This document shows positions 18,911-27,039 of a DNA stretch of 57,951 nucleotides, piece by piece. The translations under genes were made by a program, and so were the position numbers. How positions within the stretch are numbered: position 1 is the stretch's first letter; the number at the start of each line of letters is the position of its first letter. Below the pieces are notes generated by a model that saw only the letters and a program-made list of their open reading frames with translations, was not told where the DNA came from and did not search any database. The stretch is from Planctomycetota bacterium. GTDB taxonomy: Bacteria; Planctomycetota; UBA8108; UBA1146. The stretch is taken from positions 1 through 57,951 of the forward strand of contig DUAN01000228.1 in assembly GCA_012960845.1 (NCBI GenBank), given 5' to 3'.

Positions 18911-20683
18911 TCACCCCTCGGACGGGCCAGAGGATCTCCTTCGGGGGCGCCGACGGCGCCTTTTGGGTCGGTCGGAAGAAGGACCATCGGTGGTGGATGG
19001 GGTCGATGACGACCCTGGACCGTCCTGCCTTGCCCCCTGTGATCGACCCGGTCGGCGGCGCCGAACCCGTGGAGGAGGCAACTCCGCCTCGGGAAAACTG
19101 CGGGCCTGCTCCAGCAATTCTGCCCGTCCAGCCCCCGGTCCCAACAAGATGAAGAGTATTTCGATGGCATCTCGAGCCCAGGGGCTATTTTCGGCTTCTC
19201 CCGACCAGCGCCGCTGCTCGGTGCAGCGATGCGCCAAAGCGAGACTTCCCAGGCCTTTCCTGAGCCGCTCCTCGTCGCGCCGATACACCTTCAACTGGCG
19301 CAGCACGCTGGAGATCCCCTCTCGCACCGACTTGGGGAGATGAGTCGACGAGGACTTGCGGTGGATCAAGGTATCGAGGTGGGAGAGCAACTCCGGAGCG
19401 ATCAGAGCGGTGATTCCCATCGCCTGGTGCACTCGTTGCCCAGCAGCCACCAGACCATCGAGCCGATCCAGCGCAGCGAGCCACGGATCCAGGCCTTGCG
19501 AATCTTCCATCCAATCCGCGATGACCGGCATCAGCAGATCGAGGTATCCCAGTTGTTGCAGCGTCTGGAAGTAGTTACGAGCGTGGCCCGACCCCAGATC
19601 CTTGTAGAACTCTTCCAGCAATCGCGCTGGATTCGCCTTCAGGATCTGCCCCCGACAGCGCTCCATCGCCGCCACCGTTTCCCCGGAGAGTTGGAATCCA
19701 GTCCTTCCAGAGTGGCGAATCGCCCTCAGCATCCGCACCGGATCCTCGTGAAAGGATCGGTCCGGATCTCCGATCATCCGCACCACTCCATCGCGCAAAT
19801 CCTTCACCCCGCCGACATAATCGATGACGGTGAAGTTCGAGACATCATAGAACAGGCCGTTGATGGTCAGATCCCGGCGATGCGAATCCTCACCGGGCGT
19901 TCCGAAGACATTATCACGGTGAATCATTTCACCTTCGCGAACCACCTCATCCGCTTCCCCGGAGGAACGGAATGTAGCGACTTCGAGAATTTTGCCTCCC
20001 TGGTAATGGAGATGAGCGAGGCGGAATCTGCGACCGATCAGTCGGCAATTACGGAAGATCCGTTTGACCTTGCGAGGAGTGGCATCGGTGGCAATGTCGA
20101 AATCCTTGGGGGTCTTGCCGATCATCAGATCTCTGACAGCCCCACCGACCAGATAGGCGACATGCCCCTCTTCGATCAAGCGATAAAGTGCACGAAGTGC
20201 ATCTCGATCGATTTTGTTGCGGGAAATCCCATGATCTCCACGCTCGAGAATTCGCGGCTGAGGAATCACCCCAGAGTTGTCCTCGGACTCCGAATTCGTG
20301 CGCTTCTGCTCCATCGAAAGGGCCTCGAGAGCCGCTCGGTCGAGGGTGGCTTCAGCGGGAAGTTCCGGTGTATCGGCGCGTCGGCTCTTCGGAGATTTTG
20401 AAAATTGTGAAGATCCTGTTTTTGCGTTCGCTGCACCACTGGGTTGAGGAATCGGATCCAACCCGGCCAGAAAATCATTTGCCGGTTCCGGTGAGGGAGT
20501 TTCGTTTGAATCCTCGGGATGCGATTGCTGCAACTGGGATCCATTCCACTTCAGTAGGACGAGGACGCCGCTTCGAATGGTCGATTCATCGATCACCGAT
20601 GGCAGGTCTCTCAATAACAGGTCTCCGATGGCAGGTCTCAGACTTCCCATCGCAAAGCACCGTTCGCTGGCGATGGAGCGCAA
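18911..20683 (-). CDS. pcnB: Poly(A) polymerase I
   Basis: Motifs LVGGAVRDL..KDFDIAT, PAP signature LIGRRFRLAH, RRDLTIN and EDPVRMLRA; Arg-rich tail. The real start is probably downstream (about 20533). Confidence 0.9.
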   Translation of the reverse strand: MRSIASERCFAMGSLRPAIGDLLLRDLPSVIDESTIRSGVLVLLKWNGSQLQQSHPEDSNETPSPEPANDFLAGLDPIPQPSGAANAKTGSSQFSKSPKSRRADTPELPAEATLDRAALEALSMEQKRTNSESEDNSGVIPQPRILERGDHGISRNKIDRDALRALYRLIEEGHVAYLVGGAVRDLMIGKTPKDFDIATDATPRKVKRIFRNCRLIGRRFRLAHLHYQGGKILEVATFRSSGEADEVVREGEMIHRDNVFGTPGEDSHRRDLTINGLFYDVSNFTVIDYVGGVKDLRDGVVRMIGDPDRSFHEDPVRMLRAIRHSGRTGFQLSGETVAAMERCRGQILKANPARLLEEFYKDLGSGHARNYFQTLQQLGYLDLLMPVIADWMEDSQGLDPWLAALDRLDGLVAAGQRVHQAMGITALIAPELLSHLDTLIHRKSSSTHLPKSVREGISSVLRQLKVYRRDEERLRKGLGSLALAHRCTEQRRWSGEAENSPWARDAIEILFILLGPGAGRAELLEQARSFPEAELPPPRVRRRRPGRSQGARQDGPGSSSTPSTTDGPSSDRPKRRRRRPRRRSSGPSEG

Positions 20684-21018
20684 TCCGGGTCGCGTCCGCG
20701 AATCCCTGGCTCTCCTTCGCCGATCGTGAGCCTCGATTGAGGATACATCAAGCAGCCCGAGGGGTCATCCAAACCCGCAGACTGAGGCCCGGAAACCGCA
20801 GCAATCCGTGACTGGCACGGTAGTGAGACTCAGGAGCGCCGTCGATTCCAGTGGTTGACTGAATCCTGCTGTTGGCAGAATCCAGCTGTTAGCCGGAGGA
20901 TAGTATCGGAGGATCCACGGTCCCAGCGTGTGCCCGCAGAGGACACAGATGACGCAGAAGGCAGGACGCAGGGCGCAGCAGGTAGGACGCAGCAGGCAGA
21001 AGTGTAGGACGCGGGAGG

Positions 21019-21687
21019 CTATTCAGCCCAGCGAGGGTATCGACGCACCACCCCCACCACGACGCCGCGGATCTCCAGTTGGTCGACGATGATCGGCTCC
21101 AATTCCTGATTGGCGGGCTGGAGGCGAAATTGCTTCTTTCCTCCCTCTCCTGAGTGATGGAAGAACTTCTTCAGGGTCGCCCCCTCGATCCCCTCCTGCT
21201 CGAGGATCGCCACCACCAGTTCACCATCGTCCGCCACTTCTCGACGCTCGACCAGCACCATGTCTCCGTCGTGAATTCCATCATCGATCATCGAGGTCCC
21301 GCGCACCCGCAGGGCGTAGTGGTCGCGCCCCATCGGTAACAAATCGGCCAGGTCGACTCGCTCCGGTGCTTCGACCGCCTCGATCGGTTCCCCGGCAGCA
21401 ATCCGTCCCAAAATCTCGACCGGAACTCGCTGTAGATCGCTTTGCTGCTCCTTGCTGCGAACCGGTTCATCGGCGAATTGAGGGTCAAGAATCTCGATCG
21501 ATCGGGCCTTGTACGGAACACTTTGGAGTGCTCCCTTACGCGCCAACTCCTTGATGTGTTCATGAATCGTCACCCGCGAAACATGAAAGTTCTCGGCCAT
21601 CTCCTCCAGCGTCGGAGAGAGTTGCCGATGGCGCCGAAACTGTTGCAAGAACTCCATGATTTCCAGTTGCTTGTTGGTGTAGTACAC
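21019..21687 (-). CDS. lexA: SOS repressor LexA
   Basis: wHTH (SPTLEEMA..VSRVTIHEHI..L.RKG), Ala-Gly cleavage site IAAGEP, catalytic Ser in GTSM and Lys in ATLK. Confidence 0.95.
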   Translation of the reverse strand: MYYTNKQLEIMEFLQQFRRHRQLSPTLEEMAENFHVSRVTIHEHIKELARKGALQSVPYKARSIEILDPQFADEPVRSKEQQSDLQRVPVEILGRIAAGEPIEAVEAPERVDLADLLPMGRDHYALRVRGTSMIDDGIHDGDMVLVERREVADDGELVVAILEQEGIEGATLKKFFHHSGEGGKKQFRLQPANQELEPIIVDQLEIRGVVVGVVRRYPRWAE

Positions 21688-21790
21688 GGCTTACGCTTCC
21701 CTTCCGGTCTCCGTCGGACTGATTCCACCTCTGACTCTTCTCGCCAATGACATCTCTTGCAAAAGACCGCTGCTGCTCCAGATCAGCCCG

Positions 21791-22462
21791 CTAGAGCACA
21801 CAGAAGAACAGAAGTGCTGCCGCCGGAACTCCCATCGCCGCCAGAACCAGTTCGAATCGGGTCAGTCGATCGCCATCGATCTGCGTCTCATCATCTTTGA
21901 CCTGACGCTCCCCGATGAGAGAGACGATCGGCGACCAGATGTGCCGTCCTTCCCGGGGGTTCAGGGCGTCGGGCTGGAGCACGCTGGCACTACCCTGTTG
22001 CCTGGCACACTGCTGTGAACTGTCGGTAGCGGCAATCCCCCGGCGACGAGCACGCCTCCGGTCAACTGCGGCCCAGGCCTGGTGTGCGACGGACCAGAGA
22101 GACGGAAAGGTGGGAAGTTCCGGAGTGTTCGATACCCGTGTGTCGACCCGTGAATCGACCCGTGTATCGACCGATGAACCGTCTCCACGCGACAAGCGCG
22201 AGCCTGACCGCGCGCTTGAATGCCGATCAGAAGAGCCCGGACGCCGGGGGCCTCCCTCCGATTGCGCCGGATTGGATCCGGGCTGGAGAGGGAAGATCTC
22301 CAGCTGGCAATCGATTCGAGGGGCCCCACCCGGCGTTCCGGACATCAGGGTCTGCATCGTGTTCGATCTTGCGGTGGCGGTCGAGATGGTCACTTGTGAC
22401 GGCTGCTGCTGTAACGGCTGCTGCTGCTGTGACGACCGTGGCTGAGTCTTGTTCATCTGCAT
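21791..22462 (-). CDS. Disordered hypothetical protein with a C-terminal membrane anchor
   Basis: ATG at 22462 lies 6 nt after GGAG. Gln/Ser/Pro/Arg-rich, ending in ELVLAAMGVPAAALLFFCVL. Same strand as and directly upstream of lexA. Confidence 0.6.
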   Translation of the reverse strand: MQMNKTQPRSSQQQQPLQQQPSQVTISTATARSNTMQTLMSGTPGGAPRIDCQLEIFPLQPGSNPAQSEGGPRRPGSSDRHSSARSGSRLSRGDGSSVDTRVDSRVDTRVSNTPELPTFPSLWSVAHQAWAAVDRRRARRRGIAATDSSQQCARQQGSASVLQPDALNPREGRHIWSPIVSLIGERQVKDDETQIDGDRLTRFELVLAAMGVPAAALLFFCVL

Positions 22463-22641
22463 TGTTGGCTCCAAATTTCGAGGATCGCAAGTCTCCAGCT
22501 TTGTCGGGGTCTCCAGTTCTCGTGCTGATCTACCCGAGTTGCCTGCTGGCGGTTTCACACTGTCGAAGTATCATGGGGTCGTTCCGATCTTCCGACTGTC
22601 GTACTACTCGCTGAAGCACCACTCGAAGCACGATTTCTGAC

Positions 22642-22702
22642 GGTTCGAGTCTGCCGTGGTTCGAGTCTGCCGTGGTTCGAGTCTGCCGTGGTTCGAGTCT
22701 GC
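22642..22702. repeat. 16-bp tandem repeat x~4 (GGTTCGAGTCTGCCGT)
   Basis: Read directly from the sequence; no spacers. Confidence 0.95.
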
Positions 22703-22782
22703 GACGTGCGGAAGCCTGTTTCTGCTGCTGGGGTTCTGCTGCTGGGGTTCTGGTCCTTCCACTGCGGTCGGCAACCCAGCAT

Positions 22783-22817
22783 TGTTAGGGAGATCTTCGC
22801 CGAACAAAACCCTAACA
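22783..22817. promoter_or_regulatory. 35-bp imperfect palindrome, candidate operator (possibly LexA)
   Basis: TGTTAGGGAGATCTTCG-C-CGAACAAAACCCTAACA; the arms match at 13/17 positions. Lies in the divergent promoter region of the lexA unit. Confidence 0.4.
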
Positions 22818-22879
22818 TCAAGGGATTCCGGTGTGCCCCCGTTTTCAGCATAAACATTCGCTACTGAAGGAGTTAAGTC

Positions 22880-23854
22880 TTGCCAACTCGATCCTACGTG
22901 AAAAAAAGTTTGGGTGATGTTCGGGTTTCCTGGCTGTCGTGGCTGTTGCTCGGATTCACTTCTCTGGGTCCAACACCTCTCTTCGCAGCGGATCCGGTCG
23001 AGGACTTCCTCCGGTTCTTTCGTTCCGGTAGTAGCAGCGCCCAATTGCAGACCTCGGTGACCCGATATCGAAATCCTCAAACGGGACAGCTGGTGAGTCT
23101 GGTCGGTGCGGTGCACATCGGAGAAGCGAACTACTTCCAGCGGATTCAGCGCGAGCTGGACCAGCACGACCTGGTGCTCTACGAGATGGTCGGTGGCCCG
23201 GCACCCGGCTCGCCAGAATTCATCTCTGCAGAAGGTGACGATGAGTCGCCTCCTTCCAGTTCTCGCAAAAATAGCAGTCTCGGCTTCATCTCCACCTTGC
23301 AACAGGGGATGCAGGACCTCCTCCAGCTGGAGCACCAGATGAGCCAGATCGATTACACCCGTGGCAATCTGCGCCACGCAGATCTGACCTCACGTGCGTT
23401 CGACACGGCATTGAAGATCAATGGCCTGTTCCACATCAATCCCGAGGCGCTGTTCACCGGACTCGCTCCTGCGATGCTCGATGGCTTGGGCTTGCAGGCG
23501 GCCCTCTCTTCTCAGGATGATCAGACGGTCAATCGGGTGCGCTGGGTGATGGCCAAGACACTCGCCCATTCGGTGGGTCAGATGGCGCTGCTCGGGGTCA
23601 AAGATATCGAAAAACCGCAAGACCTGATCCTCGGCATCCGTAATGATCACCTGTGGCAGGTGTTTCGCGATTCGCTGCCGGAAGGGTGGCGAAGAATCGC
23701 CATCTTTTACGGAGCCGCACACCTGCCAGACATTCGCAGGAGATTACTGGAGCAAGGCTGGGTCGAGGAAGAATCGCTGTGGATTCCCGCCTGGATGATT
23801 CCAGTCGCAGATCCGCAACCCGTCGTCGAACTCGAACGACGAGCCCGTCTCTGA
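22880..23854 (+). CDS. Exported TraB/GumN-like protein
   Basis: Signal peptide; motifs LVGAVHIG, VLYEMV, RND and IFYGAAHLPD. Confidence 0.6.
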   Translation: MPTRSYVKKSLGDVRVSWLSWLLLGFTSLGPTPLFAADPVEDFLRFFRSGSSSAQLQTSVTRYRNPQTGQLVSLVGAVHIGEANYFQRIQRELDQHDLVLYEMVGGPAPGSPEFISAEGDDESPPSSSRKNSSLGFISTLQQGMQDLLQLEHQMSQIDYTRGNLRHADLTSRAFDTALKINGLFHINPEALFTGLAPAMLDGLGLQAALSSQDDQTVNRVRWVMAKTLAHSVGQMALLGVKDIEKPQDLILGIRNDHLWQVFRDSLPEGWRRIAIFYGAAHLPDIRRRLLEQGWVEEESLWIPAWMIPVADPQPVVELERRARL

Positions 23855-23865
23855 CAGGAGGCCAC

Positions 23866-25125
23866 TTGAAACCAGCACGCAGGGTCACCATCGCAGGGGG
23901 ATCCATCACCCCTTTCATCGGCAAGTTTCATCCGGATTTCATCTGGAAGAAGCACCCCGATTTTGGTCGCAAGGAAAATCCGACGCTGGAACAGCTACTC
24001 CACCGCGTCGCCCTTGGAGCGTGTGCCGATGTCGACATCGAACCGGCACTCATCGACCGTGGATACGTCGGCAACTTCGTCGGTGAGTTGTTCTCGAATC
24101 AGGGCCATCTCGGTGCGATGACTGCCGCCGCTTCTGACGGCTTTCTCCACACACCCTTTACCCGGGTCGAAGGAGCGTGTGCGTCGGGAGGGCTGGGCAT
24201 CGCCGCTGGCGTCGACGCGATCCAGGCTGGAGCGGATCTGGTGCTGGTGGTGGGAGCCGAGGTACAGACCACCCACAATGCCAAGGTCGGTGCGGATTTC
24301 CTCGCCCGTGCCTCGCACTATGAGAAGGAACGAGGCATCGACGAGTTCACCTTTCCGGCGATGTTTGCCCGAAGAACCATGGCCTACTGCCAGCGCCATG
24401 GGGTCACTCCCGATCAACTGGCACCGATCGTCGTCAAGGCCTACGCCAATGCCAACCGCAATCCCAATGCCCACATGAGGGCGGTCACCATGACCGAATC
24501 CCAGGCCGCGGGCTCCTCCGATAGTAATCCGTGCTTCCTCGCCAACCAGGAGTTGAATCCGTGGCTGCGGCTCAGCGACTGTTCGCAAGTCTCTGACGGA
24601 GCTTGCGCAGTGATCCTGTGCTCCGATGACGGTCTCGAAAAGCTCGGCCAGGGTGCCGACCGCGCAGTACAGATCAGCGCCTGTTCGGTCGCCTGTGGTC
24701 CACTCGGTGCCGTCGCCGACTACACCCAGATGGATGTGACGGCAGCCGCTGCCAGTCGCTGTTATTCCGCGACCGGTTGGGATGCCACGGACATCCAGAT
24801 CGCCGAGGTCCACGACTGCTTCAGTATCACCGAAGCGTTGATCTGTGAAGCGCTGGGATTTTGTCAGGAGGGAGAAGGGATGAAGATCGCCGCCGACGGA
24901 GTCACTTCTCTCGAGGGATCCCTTCCCATCAACAGCGGAGGCGGGCTGATGGCGTTTGGCCACCCCGTGGGTGCTACCGGAGTGAAGCAGATCTTCGAGA
25001 TCTACCGCCAGATGAACGGCCTTTGCGGCGACTACCAGGTCGCCACGGCTCCCGAGCGAGGACTCTGTGCCAACATGGGTGGAGACGACCGAACTTCCGT
25101 GGTCACGTTGCTCGAGAGGAAGTAG
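23866..25125 (+). CDS. SCP2-type thiolase (acetyl-CoA acyltransferase)
   Basis: Motifs EGACASGG, EVHDCF, GHPVGATG and NMGGDD. TTG at 23866 follows AGGAGG. Confidence 0.9.
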   Translation: MKPARRVTIAGGSITPFIGKFHPDFIWKKHPDFGRKENPTLEQLLHRVALGACADVDIEPALIDRGYVGNFVGELFSNQGHLGAMTAAASDGFLHTPFTRVEGACASGGLGIAAGVDAIQAGADLVLVVGAEVQTTHNAKVGADFLARASHYEKERGIDEFTFPAMFARRTMAYCQRHGVTPDQLAPIVVKAYANANRNPNAHMRAVTMTESQAAGSSDSNPCFLANQELNPWLRLSDCSQVSDGACAVILCSDDGLEKLGQGADRAVQISACSVACGPLGAVADYTQMDVTAAAASRCYSATGWDATDIQIAEVHDCFSITEALICEALGFCQEGEGMKIAADGVTSLEGSLPINSGGGLMAFGHPVGATGVKQIFEIYRQMNGLCGDYQVATAPERGLCANMGGDDRTSVVTLLERK

Positions 25126-25132
25126 GAACCCG

Positions 25133-25795
25133 GTGCCAGACACCCACAGTCATCTGCCGCTCGATGTGGCCGCGGCCATCTCGGCGAGACGCTCGACCAA
25201 GGATTTCCGCTCGGATCCGATCGACCCCGAGATTCTCGACCAGATCCTCCACCTCAGCACCGAAGCTCCATCGTCGTGGAATCTTCAGCCGTGGCGCATC
25301 GTGGTGATCGATGAAGCGGATTCGCGAGCCCGCTTGCATCAGGCATGCTTCGGCCAGCGGCAGGTACTGGAAGCACCCGTCACCATCGTCTTCGCCATCG
25401 ACCAGGGCGCATGGGAAAAGGACATGGAGCCGATCATCGAGCAGGCGCAAGAGCGTGGAGCGTGGCCTCCGCAGTACTGCGATATCGCACGTCAGGCGAT
25501 TCCCGGCGGACAGAATGCACTGTCGGCGATGGGACGCCTGCGCGAGTACGCCATCAAGGATGCGATGATCGCCGCCACTCATTGCGTGCTGGCAGCGACC
25601 TCTCTGGGTCTCCAGACCACCTTCATGAACGGCTGGCGAGAAGACGCCGTCAAGGAAGTGATCGGCGCCAGCGACCGGGATGAGATCGGGATTGCCGTGC
25701 TGGTGGTGCTCGGTCATGCCGACGAAACACTGCCCCACCCGGGACGGGTCGATCGATCGGAGACGGTCCATCGCCAGAGGTTACCTCGGCCCTGA
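25133..25795 (+). CDS. Nitroreductase family protein
   Basis: Motifs RRSTKDF, APSSWNLQPW and LAATSLGL. Confidence 0.9.
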   Translation: MPDTHSHLPLDVAAAISARRSTKDFRSDPIDPEILDQILHLSTEAPSSWNLQPWRIVVIDEADSRARLHQACFGQRQVLEAPVTIVFAIDQGAWEKDMEPIIEQAQERGAWPPQYCDIARQAIPGGQNALSAMGRLREYAIKDAMIAATHCVLAATSLGLQTTFMNGWREDAVKEVIGASDRDEIGIAVLVVLGHADETLPHPGRVDRSETVHRQRLPRP

Positions 25796-25839
25796 CTCTC
25801 GACCGAAAACTAGACCGAAAGCTCAATGAGACCGCTGAG

Positions 25840-26940
25840 TTAGACCTGGCCCTCGGAACCGAGCGCGGCCTGGGAAACATCTCCTTCTCGATCGAAGTAA
25901 AATCCCACATCCGAGGACTCGATCCGGGTGGCGAAGACCAGCGATGCGATTCGATCCCGATCGGTAGCGCAGAGTCCAACAAATTTGACTCCGACCCCAC
26001 CTTCCGGATCATCTCCGATGGGAACTTCTTCCACCACCCGTCCGGTGATGTCCTTCGCTTCGAGGGAGGGAACCCCGCGAATCACCAGCAGATCACCCTT
26101 CTCCAGCTCGGCATCGGTATCGATCGCCAGACCACCGGTCCCCAGATCGACCAGTTGAGCCTGATGAAGCAACTCACGATCTGGATCGTGGTATCCATCC
26201 TTCCCCAGCGGAAGATGGAGAAATCGGATCGGAGCCTCGATGGGGATGCGCGCGAAACGACGCCGTTGCTCGACCCTGATTCGCTCAGGAGTCTCGAAGA
26301 AGAGGAACCATTCGCCCAGTTCTCTTTTCTCCTGCAAACGGGTCTCGAAGTGGAGCCCCCCCAGATCCTGGCGGAAGAAGACGACCGCGAGGTCATCTCC
26401 CGGCTGCCATGAAAGATCGGTCTGCGTCGGGTCGGAATGCTCGACGACGCGAACCGCGATGCTATGAGCATCGCAATGGATGGTGATGGTTCGTAACAGA
26501 ATTCCGTCAGGCCCCTGAACCAGCAACTCTTCTTCATCGAAGGGCAAGGACACCCCCTGAGAACTGGAACTGGGTACTTCCCAGCCGCGGCGAACCCGGA
26601 TCCGATCGAGCGCTCTTCTCATCTCGAGATCCCTCATCAAAGCTGGATTCTGCCCGAGAGCGAGACGAAGAGCATGCTCGAAGGCAACGCGTGAGTTGAG
26701 CAAGCGATCGGGCTCTTTCTCCGCCGAGAGTTCCAGCAATTTGACCAGGAGCCTGGTTTCGGGCCCCTCGATCCCGCGAGCGAGTAATCCATCGACGACC
26801 TTGGCGCTATCGAAGCGGGGAACCGTCCCCGTCTTCGATTCCCCAGGCACCGCCCGCTGAAGGCGACGCTTTTGCCACAGCAAGATCAGCAGCGAGAAGA
26901 CTGGAATCAGCCAAAGCCAGTCGAAATCGAGTGTCATCAA
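25840..26940 (-). CDS. Membrane-anchored YcgR-like/PilZ-domain c-di-GMP receptor
   Basis: N-terminal TM helix; QRRRFAR (RxxxR), DLGTGG (D/NxSxxG variant) and GVKF. Confidence 0.8.
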   Translation of the reverse strand: MMTLDFDWLWLIPVFSLLILLWQKRRLQRAVPGESKTGTVPRFDSAKVVDGLLARGIEGPETRLLVKLLELSAEKEPDRLLNSRVAFEHALRLALGQNPALMRDLEMRRALDRIRVRRGWEVPSSSSQGVSLPFDEEELLVQGPDGILLRTITIHCDAHSIAVRVVEHSDPTQTDLSWQPGDDLAVVFFRQDLGGLHFETRLQEKRELGEWFLFFETPERIRVEQRRRFARIPIEAPIRFLHLPLGKDGYHDPDRELLHQAQLVDLGTGGLAIDTDAELEKGDLLVIRGVPSLEAKDITGRVVEEVPIGDDPEGGVGVKFVGLCATDRDRIASLVFATRIESSDVGFYFDREGDVSQAALGSEGQV

Positions 26941-27039
26941 AGATCCTCATCCAGTTCAGCGGCACGGAACATTCCCATGCAACCACCATCGGCTCGATGA
27001 GGGCAAATCTTGAGGGGTAATACAGATCTTTGCGGTCCT

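Noticed and set aside
20684-21018. Possible ncRNA or leader peptide between lexA and pcnB
   Set aside because: Only weak GCAGGAC-type repeats and short stems; no convincing structure or ORF.
22642-22715. GGTTCGAGTC resembles a tRNA T-loop, and the repeats could suggest a CRISPR array
   Set aside because: There is no D arm, anticodon arm, acceptor stem or CCA. The units are contiguous with no spacers and no cas genes are present.
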